A stretch of DNA of 64,000 nt from the NCBI GenBank assembly GCA_031265435.1, contig JAISCR010000023.1:8799-72798 (forward strand). The letters run 5' to 3'. The notes under the pieces were generated by a model, which made no database searches, was not told where the DNA came from, and saw only the letters and a program-made list of their open reading frames with translations. Positions 26,901 through 35,326 of the stretch are shown one piece after another (positions within the stretch are counted from its first letter, which is position 1; each line of letters starts with the position of its first letter). This stretch comes from Treponema sp. Lineage in GTDB: Bacteria > Spirochaetota > Spirochaetia > Treponematales > Breznakiellaceae. Made by a program: the position numbers and the translations under genes.

Positions 26901-26975
26901 GGCAACGAGAAGAGCGCAGAGCATCATAATAACTGCCACAGGCCGGCCCGCAAAGGCGCTTATCAATCCCTTCAT
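23970..26975 (-). CDS. RND efflux permease (AcrB-like), paralog 1
   Basis: 1,001 aa. RND layout. The TM4-like segment GIGLVSDSAVIVLE is comparable to AcrB GLLVDDAIVVVE. Confidence 0.9.
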   Translation of the reverse strand: MKGLISAFAGRPVAVIMMLCALLVAAVFFASGLPLEQLPGLALNRVTVKTSWPGMGAQEIRSLLTIPVEDALSPVKGLENMRSVSRDNFSLIILDFRWGIDGAAAAVLVREAVDAVWPSLPEGVDKPAVSSGTVENEPFCIIAVQSRHGDGNFARNLAEYELKARLRRLGGIGQVILLGGDEMEELVEADVRQLAVRGITVSSLAELLSSETMNMPAGMAREGDRELVVVSSGQPGSAEELASLSLSGAGGPFRLSDAAAVSLRKAEKKSLFILNGEEAAALKIYRRPGSDPSRLSGEIGKLLEEARENFGDDGEFFLVYDSSSLISGALNNLLVSAALGVFAVVFSLCFFIRHPRSSFLAALAIPVSTAAGLCAIAVRGTSLNSMSLGGLALGIGLVSDSAVIVLEVLHRRFGTNAAAPSAGETGEAASTVMLSGAASLLTTAVVFVPILFLPGPLGALFGDLSIALVVSITAGWIYAQFCLPSLYRLCFKTCGDTSSRRLEEFYEKFLRLATSNFLRMILLAALLVGAGIFILVSRPRHFVSPDEERELRLSVLFPPGYMLESMPEKGRKLTLLLGGLPGIRGVFAYAGAEDEDLMRLSESGYREEELIFHCSISPGTKSQEARDEVRRLLENYSEGEINVFFPQNNVEKLLGLSESRVMAVRGRNPEETMLRAKELAGFLREKLGEGTEIILDPSHSRPEFRIYPDREASAQLGIQAADLAGLLHSITDGMTTGQLEGGGRPIPVRLKGKMEDDPLGAAASLQNIPIALGEGNSAFLGSLCRIERLESPETLSRLNRSDVVYVSVKDAPGNVMNDLLKSGGAWNLIRSDESVFTRYRQSLIITLVLVILLLYLVMGAQFESFFLPLVLMFSIPFSLAGAGPALFLSGASIDSGAVLGLAVLFGLSVNNAIILYEIGMEKLDGIMRAEEAFRNGAVERFRAISITTITTVFALLPMVCFPMGASQRSMAAAMLGGITASTLLCLFVMPHVLSVLVRRKI

Positions 26976-26980
26976 ATTTC

Positions 26981-28495
26981 CTACTTTAAAAGGGGAAGCC
27001 GGTACTCTTCCCCGGTATTACCGTTACTGTCGAGGAATCCTGAATCAATGACAAAACTCACCACGCCTGAGGATACGAAGTTGGTAAGGATTCCGCGGAC
27101 TTCCAGCCTCCTGTAGTTTTCCCATCCTGAAACCGCTTCACTTATACTGAAGTTTTCGTTCACTACCATGCGGGGATTAAAGGAAACGGCTCCGTTTGTT
27201 GCCTCCACACGGAAACAACGGGCTATCTCCAGAGGATCTATCGCTGCTCCGCCTGAGGTTTCAAAGTAAAGTTCTATCCAGCAGTCAACATTTTCCTTGT
27301 AGGGATAATGATAAGTTTCGTTGGTAAGGGGAAGGCCCGCATAGGCATCGGAAATAGTATATTTGCGGGGCATGCAGTCCAGGGGATCTCCGGGAGCCAT
27401 GGGAAACCTGATACCCCTGAATTCAGGCGGCCGTGAAGACTCACCGTCCGCGCAAAGGGTAAAGACAAAACTGTCCGTACTTGCGTTTCCCGCGGCATCC
27501 TTAACGCCCTCCCCGAGGCGCACTATAAAACGGCTTCCCCAGAGAGGCATTTCCTTTAAGCTGAACCTCAGCTCCGTTCCCGACAGCGACTCCGCTTCAA
27601 GAACAAGGCCGGATACAGCCTCGCAGGACAGGCACTGTTTTACCGAAAGAGTATCTACCGGTTCCGAAAAGCGGAGAAGCAGAACCGATGTCTTTCCCCA
27701 GCCCGAATTCACGATCTTTCCCTCCCTGTCATCCGCCTGCAACAGTGTTTCTGTCATTCCGTCAATCCGCCATGCCCCGGTCAGGAAGGGTTTCTCCCTG
27801 TCGGTTCCGGCGGTAAAACTCACAGATCTCTCCTCGCCCATGGAAAGGCCTGTTTTTCCCTTCAGGGAAGACTGAATGCCGACCGTATAACACGTACCGG
27901 GCTTCCAATCCTCTCCCGGTATAAAGACCGCCGTATCAGGTTTTTGCGAGATCCAGATTCCCTGAAGGGCCGGACTTAAGCTGACAGAATCTGTGCATGA
28001 GGATAGGGAAATATCTTCGGAAAATTCAAGACGGATACTTCCCCTCACCTGTGTCATGGTTCCGCCGTCTTCGGGAAACACCGACACAAGCTTGGGACGT
28101 GAAACAGGCGGCCTGGTGCTGAAACTGCCCGCAAAACTCCTGTCCATGGAAAGACCGGCGCTGTCTTTGGCGTCCGCGGTTATACTAATAACATATTCGT
28201 GATTCCGCTCAAGAGGCGCCCTGGGGATAAAATATATGCGTTCCCCCTTCCAGAGGAAGTCCCCTTCAAGATTTGTACCGTCTTCACTCAGACTAAAGTA
28301 CCGTTCAACACTAAGCCTGTCAGGATCATGGGAAAGAAGAACAGAAACCTCAATGTCCTCAGGCTCTTCCATGAAGCCTTCACCCGGATTCCAGGACAGC
28401 ACTTCAAATGGAGAGAGGCGGAGAAGATCGCAGCCTGAAAAACAAAGGAAAGACAAAATGAGCGCCCAAAACGGTAAACACGTGAGTTTTGTCAT
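26981..28495 (-). CDS. Ig-like (SbsA/Big_5-type) domain lipoprotein
   Basis: 504 aa. Lipobox LCFSGC. Repeated modules of about 100 aa with the pattern V.S..P..G...V.....I...FS..., a Trp, then ..F.P...L......Y.V.I. Confidence 0.7.
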   Translation of the reverse strand: MTKLTCLPFWALILSFLCFSGCDLLRLSPFEVLSWNPGEGFMEEPEDIEVSVLLSHDPDRLSVERYFSLSEDGTNLEGDFLWKGERIYFIPRAPLERNHEYVISITADAKDSAGLSMDRSFAGSFSTRPPVSRPKLVSVFPEDGGTMTQVRGSIRLEFSEDISLSSCTDSVSLSPALQGIWISQKPDTAVFIPGEDWKPGTCYTVGIQSSLKGKTGLSMGEERSVSFTAGTDREKPFLTGAWRIDGMTETLLQADDREGKIVNSGWGKTSVLLLRFSEPVDTLSVKQCLSCEAVSGLVLEAESLSGTELRFSLKEMPLWGSRFIVRLGEGVKDAAGNASTDSFVFTLCADGESSRPPEFRGIRFPMAPGDPLDCMPRKYTISDAYAGLPLTNETYHYPYKENVDCWIELYFETSGGAAIDPLEIARCFRVEATNGAVSFNPRMVVNENFSISEAVSGWENYRRLEVRGILTNFVSSGVVSFVIDSGFLDSNGNTGEEYRLPLLK

Positions 28496-29928
28496 TCAAC
28501 TGCCTCCAGCATAATCGCCGCGTCATCCCGGAAATAGATGCCGCTTCCGTTGCCGACACCGCTCCTGCCGCCCGGTATGAGAAGCCTGTAATAGTGTTTC
28601 TCTCCTGTCATTCCCGGAATGAGGCCTTCCCATTCCATCCTCAGGGTATCGGGCGAGAGCCAGCTTACAAAACGGAGTCTGGGCGTAATGAGATCCGCGG
28701 GAAAAAAAGAACTCAAGCTGATACGCAGCGGAGCGTCCCGCCTTGCCTCTTCGCTGAAAGGATAGAGAAAGCGGATATTATAACGAAGTACCCCATCCAG
28801 GGCAGGATCAACTTCCACGGGTACCGTTTGTTCCGGAGAACCTGAAATTTCAGGACCGCCGTTTGCGGAAAACGAATAAATACGGAGATACGGAATCGCC
28901 GTCTTAAAACCAAGACTGAAATCCGCTTCCATTTCAAGGCCCGCGGTATCCCTGGCTTCCGAAGAAACGGTAAGGACATAGAAGCTTTCAGGTTCCGGAT
29001 CACGATCCGGAATATACACAAGCGATGAAGGGGAAAGCCGTTCCGTCCTGCCGCTCAGTCCCGGTTCAAACCGGATCTGTTTAAGGAAATTTTCGTCCAT
29101 GGGCTTACTGAAACTTATGGCGACGGCGAGGCCCGGTCTTAATCCGTCTTCAAGTTTTTCTCCTGTGGGAAACCAGCTTCCCCCGGAAAAGAGCAGGGGG
29201 TAACATTCCAGAACCGAAGGCCTCCTGCGATCGAGATCCGTGGTGAACTGCCCGGAAACCTTTTTGGCCAGCGGAAGTCCTTCCCGGCTTTCGGCTCCTG
29301 TTCCCACGCTCCATTGATAAACTTTCCATGCTTCAAGATTTTTTTTGTCACGGATAACAAGGATCCTGTCGTCATCCTTCCATTCAAACACCTTCCCGGA
29401 AAAAGCGCTCGCCGTAAAGTCCCTCTCCGTACTGGGCCTGTCCATGGGCACGGAAAATTTCAATTCCACCCGTCCTTCTTCCGGACTTATCCCAACGGAC
29501 GCTCCGTCCTCAGGATACGAAGCCTCTACTACCGGAGAGGGGGAACGGGACAGGGCATAAAAGGGTATGTGATTATCCAGCCTGATGTCCCGCTTATCCC
29601 TTGTATACACAGTCCCGAGAACAGAGAGAGTATAGCGTCTGCCCGGCGTCCAGGGAGAGAGCGGAATAAAAATGAGACTGTTGTTTTCCCAATGGAGATC
29701 TCCCTCAATATTTCCGCCGGTATAGTGAACCTTCAGGATACCGGAACTTTCATTTTCTTCCATTTCGGTATCAAAATATACCGATACCGGCGAGTACGGA
29801 TCCTCCAGCACTGTTTCCGCTTCCGAAGGAAAATATCCGTATCCTACCGGACGGAGATCCACAAAACCGCATGACAGCAATACTGCGGCAGGAATGATAA
29901 TGGCGGCCGTCTTATTCAAGAACCACAT
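28492..29928 (-). CDS. Ig-like (SbsA/Big_5-type) domain lipoprotein, paralog
   Basis: I chose the start at M43 of the track ORF (MWFLNKTAAIIIPAAVLLSCG, with a lipobox). The longer ORF would overlap the adaptor gene by 143 nt. Shares IEGDLHW..NSLIFIP with LEGDFLW..ERIYFIP in its neighbour. Confidence 0.7.
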   Translation of the reverse strand: MWFLNKTAAIIIPAAVLLSCGFVDLRPVGYGYFPSEAETVLEDPYSPVSVYFDTEMEENESSGILKVHYTGGNIEGDLHWENNSLIFIPLSPWTPGRRYTLSVLGTVYTRDKRDIRLDNHIPFYALSRSPSPVVEASYPEDGASVGISPEEGRVELKFSVPMDRPSTERDFTASAFSGKVFEWKDDDRILVIRDKKNLEAWKVYQWSVGTGAESREGLPLAKKVSGQFTTDLDRRRPSVLECYPLLFSGGSWFPTGEKLEDGLRPGLAVAISFSKPMDENFLKQIRFEPGLSGRTERLSPSSLVYIPDRDPEPESFYVLTVSSEARDTAGLEMEADFSLGFKTAIPYLRIYSFSANGGPEISGSPEQTVPVEVDPALDGVLRYNIRFLYPFSEEARRDAPLRISLSSFFPADLITPRLRFVSWLSPDTLRMEWEGLIPGMTGEKHYYRLLIPGGRSGVGNGSGIYFRDDAAIMLEAVE

Positions 29929-31267
29929 GGATACCTTCCCGGAAACCTGATTCAGGCCGTTCCACCGCCACTTCTCCGGCATTGAGACCTGAGCGTATCT
30001 CCCTTTCTTCACCCATCGGCATGCCGAGTTCAACCTTGCGGGTGGAAAGGACACCGCCCTTTATCACAAAGACGCTGCCCGTCTGTTCATCCTGTTTCAA
30101 AATAGAAGTTTCCTTTATAACTACCGCCTGTCTGCCCTCCCCCAGCCTGATCACCGAGCGGACAAACATGCCCGGTTTTAATTTTTCAAATGAAGAGCGG
30201 TCTTCGCCTTCGGGAGAAGGCAGCAGCACCCGTACTAAAAGACTTAATGATTGACTGTCCGCCTGTGGATAAACCAGATCCACCAAACCTTCCCTCCAGA
30301 TCCCCGAACCATCCCCTTCGACAAGAACCCGCGCGGGCATACCTTTTTCGATCCTCATTGCTTCCGATTCCCGGACAGGAAAGACGGCATAAAAGGAAGC
30401 GGTATTCATAACGGTAAGTATTTTATCTTCCCGTTTGACCCGCTCGCCTTCCTCAAGATAACGGGCCCCTACTACCGCATCGGCAGGACTGCGGATCTGA
30501 AATTCTTCAAGGGCAATTTTTGCCGATTCCAGTTCCCGCTGAGCGGCCAGAAGCCGCGCCTCCGCGGAAGCCAGTTCCGCTCGGAGTCCCAGTGTCTTTA
30601 CCTCGATAAAACCTTTCATGGGTTCATCCCCATTCCCGGAAACGATACCCGCGGCCAAAAGATCCTGTTCCCTGAGTCCGACCCTGCGGATGGAAAGCTC
30701 CTTTTCCATGAGCGCTATTTCCGACAGAAGGTTTTCCAGTTCAAAATTTCTGCTCCTTATTTCTTCTTCCGTCACGCCTCCGGCATCGAAGAGCGCCTCT
30801 TCGATTTTGAATTTACGGACATCCTCCTCATAGTTTTTCCGCGCGTGGATCAGTTCCATTTCCGCTTTTTCAATACCGAGGATCTCCGCCTCGGCCCGGA
30901 ATTCTCCTTCCAGAAGCCTGGAATACGCCAGATCCCGATCCGCCTTTACCTGCGCATAACCGTCCTCCGCCCTCCGCAGGGCCAAATCAAATTGGGGATT
31001 TTCCAGTTCGACAAGCAGATCCCCCCTGTTTACCCGGTCGCCTTCCCTGAAACGGATACGCAGTATCCTTGCGTCCTGGGGAGCGGCTACATCTATCTTG
31101 GTAAGATAGGAAAGAGAACCGAATCCAGAAACTTCATCGGGGATCTTCCGCAATCCGGCTTCGATTCCCCGAACCTGCAGCGGCGCCTCCTCCCCTGTCC
31201 TGACACCGGTTCTACAGGAAAGCAAAACCAGAACCGCACAAAATATACCGGTATGTTTGCGCATCAT
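29912..31267 (-). CDS. RND efflux periplasmic adaptor (HlyD/MFP family) lipoprotein
   Basis: 451 aa. Lipobox VLLSC. Lipoyl-like RIRFREGDRVNRGDLLVELENP, a coiled-coil hairpin and a beta-barrel C-terminus. ATGA overlap with the TolC-like gene. Confidence 0.88.
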   Translation of the reverse strand: MMRKHTGIFCAVLVLLSCRTGVRTGEEAPLQVRGIEAGLRKIPDEVSGFGSLSYLTKIDVAAPQDARILRIRFREGDRVNRGDLLVELENPQFDLALRRAEDGYAQVKADRDLAYSRLLEGEFRAEAEILGIEKAEMELIHARKNYEEDVRKFKIEEALFDAGGVTEEEIRSRNFELENLLSEIALMEKELSIRRVGLREQDLLAAGIVSGNGDEPMKGFIEVKTLGLRAELASAEARLLAAQRELESAKIALEEFQIRSPADAVVGARYLEEGERVKREDKILTVMNTASFYAVFPVRESEAMRIEKGMPARVLVEGDGSGIWREGLVDLVYPQADSQSLSLLVRVLLPSPEGEDRSSFEKLKPGMFVRSVIRLGEGRQAVVIKETSILKQDEQTGSVFVIKGGVLSTRKVELGMPMGEEREIRSGLNAGEVAVERPESGFREGIHVVLE

Positions 31268-32652
31268 GCTCCTCCTTCTTCTCGTTCAAGCCGGGATTCA
31301 AGAGACTCAATGCTCCCCGGCGGCAGATCCAGCATCTTTTCCAGTTCCTGTTCCGCCTCCAGCAGTGCCGCCGCCGCCTGGACTGCCTCGACCTTCTTCC
31401 GGGAAAGTTCAATCTCCGTTTCCATGAGTTCCGTCCTTGTTATCTGCCCCAGTTCCATCCTGAGAAACGCAAGACGGTATTTTTCCTCTGCCAACTCTAC
31501 AGTCTGTGCGGCCAGAAGCCGTTTATCCTCAAGGAGACCGTACTTTTCAAGCTGCTGGACGGCATTCTTTCCCGTTTGTTTGAGGGATCTTTCATAGTTA
31601 CTGCGTTCCTCAAAGAGAAGAGAGGCGGCCTGGGAACGCCCCAGGGCTCCGGCCGGATCTGGCAGCGGGGTAAATGAATTTTGCAGCCTTCCTGTCCTGT
31701 CGTAAGGCGGTTCCCGGCTGAAGGATGCGGAAGTAGTGTTACGCAGAAGGGGACCTGAAAAATCAAGACTGAGACCGACGGACCAGTTGTATTTGCTGAG
31801 CGGATAGCTCCGCCCGGCAAGGCCGAAATTTCCCGACAGCTTCACCGTCGGTATCCATGAACGATCCGCATACTTCAGTTCCCCTTCCCGCCTGGCAATG
31901 CTGAGCCGGGCCTCGGCCAGAGCCGGGCTCCGGTTTTCCGCCAGAGCCCTTATCTTTTCCTTTGAGAGGGTAACAGCCTTTCTTTCGGTATCCACCGTCT
32001 CGATCAATTCCGGGATCTCATCGAGGGCCAGAACTTCCGCAAATTGTTCCTCCGCTTCCTTTAGTTCTATACTGTGGGAAACGACAAGCAGGCGGGCCTC
32101 CCCCACCTTGAGATCGGCGTCGGCAAGATCCGCGGGCAGCGCCAATCCCAATTCCAGTTCCCGCGCAAGAATTCTCCGCTGTTCGGAAAGTGAATTGAGG
32201 GAAGATTCCTGAATCTCCAGAATTTGCCGGGAGCTCAAAAGGTTCCGGTAGGCCCTTACGGCCTCATAGCCTGTTTCCGATCTCAAGCTTTGCAGCTTCG
32301 CTTCGGAAAGGGAAATATCCATTCTTTCAAGCCGTCTTTCCACAGCCAGTTTTCCTCCGTCAAAAATTAACTGTTCAACAGTAAGCCCGTAATTTTTAAG
32401 AAAGCTGTCCGCGTCTATCTCCTGCAGCCTGTCATCCTCCGAAGCGGTAATACTGAGGGACGGAAAGTAGGCCCTCAATCCCAGTATCCAGGCTCCCCGG
32501 CGGATGGAAAGCCGTGTTTTCTCGTAACGGATCTCCGCCGAATTTTCCGCGGCCATGTCCGCCGCGCCGGAAAAGCTCAAGGATTCCGCATAAACGGACA
32601 CCAGACTAAAGCCAAAGAGGATTCCCGTCAGCACAGCTTCTCTCTTCTTCAC
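31264..32652 (-). CDS. TolC-family outer membrane efflux protein
   Basis: I chose GTG 32652 (VKKREAVLTGILFGFSLVSVYA signal), which gives a GTGA overlap with the upstream gene. The internally duplicated helical-repeat layout is typical of OEP/TolC. Confidence 0.85.
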   Translation of the reverse strand: MKKREAVLTGILFGFSLVSVYAESLSFSGAADMAAENSAEIRYEKTRLSIRRGAWILGLRAYFPSLSITASEDDRLQEIDADSFLKNYGLTVEQLIFDGGKLAVERRLERMDISLSEAKLQSLRSETGYEAVRAYRNLLSSRQILEIQESSLNSLSEQRRILARELELGLALPADLADADLKVGEARLLVVSHSIELKEAEEQFAEVLALDEIPELIETVDTERKAVTLSKEKIRALAENRSPALAEARLSIARREGELKYADRSWIPTVKLSGNFGLAGRSYPLSKYNWSVGLSLDFSGPLLRNTTSASFSREPPYDRTGRLQNSFTPLPDPAGALGRSQAASLLFEERSNYERSLKQTGKNAVQQLEKYGLLEDKRLLAAQTVELAEEKYRLAFLRMELGQITRTELMETEIELSRKKVEAVQAAAALLEAEQELEKMLDLPPGSIESLESRLEREEGGA

Positions 32653-33152
32653 CTGTTCTTCTCCAGAGACCTGATTCCCCGTCCGACAGCAAGCCTGATT
32701 ATTTTCCCCAGTGTCTTTGATGAAGCAAGACTCTCTTCTCCGGTACAGACCACCCGGCTTGCGGAGACGGGCATTAACGCGCCGGCAGGAGAAGCGGCAG
32801 AGATACTGCCGGGCCGGAAACACAGATCCGCCGCAATGGATCGCTTTGTCTTCCAGCCTGAGATATACTCCCTTTCCCGGAGTATCATATCCACCAGATA
32901 ATCCCCGTCCTCGTCCTCTCCGACAGGAGAGTAGCCTTTTTCCCGCAGATACATAAAAACCAGTCCCCTTGCCTCCTCCTCCAGGGATGAGGTTCCACCG
33001 GTTCTGTCAACGGTAATTTCCCGCAGTTTTACCCTTCCCTTGACATAATTACTGCCGGGCCAGGACCGGATACTGTACCGTGAGGGGAGAGAGGTTCCGC
33101 AGGAAACAAGAAACACCGTCACGGCCAAAACCAAAAAAATCTTTTTCTTCAT
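32649..33152 (-). CDS. small hypothetical lipoprotein
   Basis: 167 aa. MKKKIFLVLAVTVFLVSCG lipobox signal. ATGA overlap with the upstream gene. Confidence 0.6.
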   Translation of the reverse strand: MKKKIFLVLAVTVFLVSCGTSLPSRYSIRSWPGSNYVKGRVKLREITVDRTGGTSSLEEEARGLVFMYLREKGYSPVGEDEDGDYLVDMILREREYISGWKTKRSIAADLCFRPGSISAASPAGALMPVSASRVVCTGEESLASSKTLGKIIRLAVGRGIRSLEKNR

Positions 33153-33799
33153 TCTTTTGACGCCTCCACCGTATAGGATGCCTGCCTGATGGCCCTTTCC
33201 AGATTCGTTACGGATTTTACAATGACACTCTCCTGTGGCAGCAGAATCCTTGTCTTCCGCAGATCTTCCAGAGCCTCTTCCGCCCTGCCTGCCGTCCAGC
33301 GGAACCTGGCCCGGTCAAGATACACCAGTGCCGTTTCCCCGGAGGCTTCAACCGCCCTGTCCAGCAGAGATACTGCGGCGGCGTTGTCCCGGTTCAGGGA
33401 AGCGGCAAGACGCAGGGCTCCTGTGTTCGAGGGATCCGATTCAAGAATCTTTTCCGCAAGACGCAGAGCTTCCGCCGCCCTGCCCTCTTCCCGGTAAACT
33501 CGCACCAGATACAATGCCGCTTCTCCCATCCCGTTCCGGCCCCTCATTGCCCTGTTAAAATATTTTTCCGCGGCGGCGGTATTCCCCAAAAAATATTCCG
33601 CCTTCCCGCGGAGCAGGAGAACCGGTACGAAGTTCCCGATGCCCGAAGCCGCGTCGGCCGCCTCCCGGAAATGTCCGGCCCGGTAAGATTCCACGGCCCT
33701 TACATAGGCCAGCAATTCCGCTTCATTCATTTTCCCGGTACAGGAAAGGAGAGAAAAAAGCAGGAAGAGCGGAACCGCACATAAAAACACAGCCTTCAT
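33149..33799 (-). CDS. TPR-repeat lipoprotein
   Basis: The start at MKAVFLCAVPLFLLFSLLSC (lipobox) overlaps the upstream stop by 1 nt. Ala/Leu/Arg-rich helical repeats of about 34 aa (for example AALYLVRVYREEGRAAEALRLAEKILESDP). Confidence 0.7.
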   Translation of the reverse strand: MKAVFLCAVPLFLLFSLLSCTGKMNEAELLAYVRAVESYRAGHFREAADAASGIGNFVPVLLLRGKAEYFLGNTAAAEKYFNRAMRGRNGMGEAALYLVRVYREEGRAAEALRLAEKILESDPSNTGALRLAASLNRDNAAAVSLLDRAVEASGETALVYLDRARFRWTAGRAEEALEDLRKTRILLPQESVIVKSVTNLERAIRQASYTVEASKE

Positions 33800-34806
33800 T
33801 ACAGCCTCCCCTGATCCCTGCACAAAAACTTAAGCCGTTCGGCAAGCCTCCCCTGGGCCTTGTCCGCCTCGGAACTGAACCAGTCACGGAAGAGGGGCCT
33901 GGAAGCCGCTTCATCAAGCAGCGCCAGGGCCGCGAAAGTATAGGAGTTATCCTGCAGAGCAATTAAAGGGAAAAGATCGGCAAGCGGAAGAGGATTGCCG
34001 CCCGCCATGGCGGCCCGTATCAGCGTTTCCGTCTCGGCCCTGGTTTTCAAAGCTTCTCCGGCATCCTCGCTTAGCCCCGCCTGAACAGCCAGAAAACGGC
34101 GGCAGTCGGAGGCAAAAGGCCCATCCGGCGCCAGATTGATACAGTTTTCCGCGTAAGAAGCGGCGATAGGAACGGAAGAAGAAAAGTAATCCATACCCCG
34201 CCGCCAATACTCCGGAAAAAACCCATGACGGGAACGAAGGGAAGAATAGACCGCCCTGCGGCCCTCACTGTTCAATCCGCCTTCAATTTCACACACAAGA
34301 AGCAGCCAGCGGACAAAACCGTCGGGATCTTCCGCCGCCGCAAAAGGTTTAAGCCGTTCCGCCGCCGCGTCCCAATTCCCCCGCCGGAATTCCATGATCC
34401 CTTCGGCGGCTTTCAGAGCATCCTCCCTCCCCTCATGCCGGAATTCCGGGTTTTCCAGCACATTGCCAAGCCCTTCCGCCAGAGCGTCCTCCGCTACAAG
34501 CCCCCGTCCGTAGGCAACAGCCAACTCCCTGTACGCGGCAATAAGCGCCCCGCCGAAATCCCCGGCCGCCTCCCGAATGGAAGATTCAAGAAGCCCCATA
34601 CCGCTCAGCCAGGTTCCCGCCCGTTCCGCCTCCGCCAGCTCTTCCAGACTGACAGAGGGAGCCTCATTCAAACCCGTCATGCCGTCATCCCGTATCTCCG
34701 CCCTCTCCGGGGCGGAGAGGGCCTGCGCCTCACGTTTGCAGGAAACAAGCATTACTCCCAAAAGAACAAGCGCACAGAGCCTGAAGGAAAAAGTCTTCAT
34801 ACGCAC
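33799..34806 (-). CDS. hypothetical helical lipoprotein (first gene of the array)
   Basis: 335 aa. MRMKTFSFRLCALVLLGVMLVSC lipobox signal. No known motif recognised. Confidence 0.6.
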   Translation of the reverse strand: MRMKTFSFRLCALVLLGVMLVSCKREAQALSAPERAEIRDDGMTGLNEAPSVSLEELAEAERAGTWLSGMGLLESSIREAAGDFGGALIAAYRELAVAYGRGLVAEDALAEGLGNVLENPEFRHEGREDALKAAEGIMEFRRGNWDAAAERLKPFAAAEDPDGFVRWLLLVCEIEGGLNSEGRRAVYSSLRSRHGFFPEYWRRGMDYFSSSVPIAASYAENCINLAPDGPFASDCRRFLAVQAGLSEDAGEALKTRAETETLIRAAMAGGNPLPLADLFPLIALQDNSYTFAALALLDEAASRPLFRDWFSSEADKAQGRLAERLKFLCRDQGRL

Positions 34807-35082
34807 CTCCGTATACCCTTAATAGGGTGTTCAGATGCAAGGCGCTTCAATGAAAATGAAAAAAAGTGAGAAATTTGCGTTTTTTCTTAAAATTTGATGA
34901 TTGCCGACGCGGAAAATCCGAATTCAAAAATAACCACGGACGGACACTGACCATCGCGGACAAATTCGCGGCCATCCGGGTGAAATTCATGAAGCGGAAA
35001 AATATCCGGGACTATACGGATTTGGGCGCATCCGTACGCCTGCGGCGCACGGACCGGGCTTTCCGCTTGTATCTTTTTTGCC

Positions 35083-35103
35083 TCCGGCAAAAAAGGATAC
35101 CGC
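35083..35103. terminator. symmetric A/T-flanked hairpin (weak bidirectional terminator-like)
   Basis: TTTTTTGCC-TCC-GGCAAAAAA. Only 3 G:C pairs, so it is weak. Confidence 0.2.
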
Positions 35104-35140
35104 TTCAATCCCTTGCGCGACTGTAATCAATTAAATTTTA

Positions 35141-35326
35141 TTATTTCTTATCTATTTTGTCTTTATATATCTTCAATAAAATATCAGACTGTTCTAATAA
35201 ACATTCTTTCAATAATCCGTCCAATGTATTGTATATTTCAATCAATCGTTCAAGTTTAATATCCGGCGGCGGGGCCGTAAACATTTCACCTTCCCCGGTT
35301 TTAATCCAGTCTTTATCTATTACCAT
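35141..35326 (-). CDS. small ORF of unknown function, possibly the out-of-frame C-terminal part of a Phd/YefM-like antitoxin
   Basis: 61-aa ORF in an AT-rich islet. Its ATG lies inside the last codons of the 34-codon YefM-like ORF upstream. Confidence 0.3.
   Translation of the reverse strand: MVIDKDWIKTGEGEMFTAPPPDIKLERLIEIYNTLDGLLKECLLEQSDILLKIYKDKIDKK

Noticed and set aside
30251-31597. 448-aa plus-strand ORF
   Set aside because: It lies entirely antisense to the well-supported RND adaptor and TolC-like genes. It is low-complexity and Arg/Pro/Ser-rich with no motifs, which is typical of a GC-rich shadow ORF.
34990-35106. Resemblance of the leader (GCGCAAGGGA..., GCGGAAAGCCCGG) to a c-di-GMP-I (GEMM) riboswitch
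   Set aside because: It shares only short strings with the Vc2-type consensus as I remember it. The helices and the tetraloop/receptor arrangement do not line up. I kept it only as an unclassified structured leader.
34866-35126. 86-aa plus-strand ORF and 73-aa minus-strand ORF in the leader region
   Set aside because: They overlap each other on opposite strands, lack an SD, have odd Arg/Lys-rich composition and carry no motif. They are probably non-coding.
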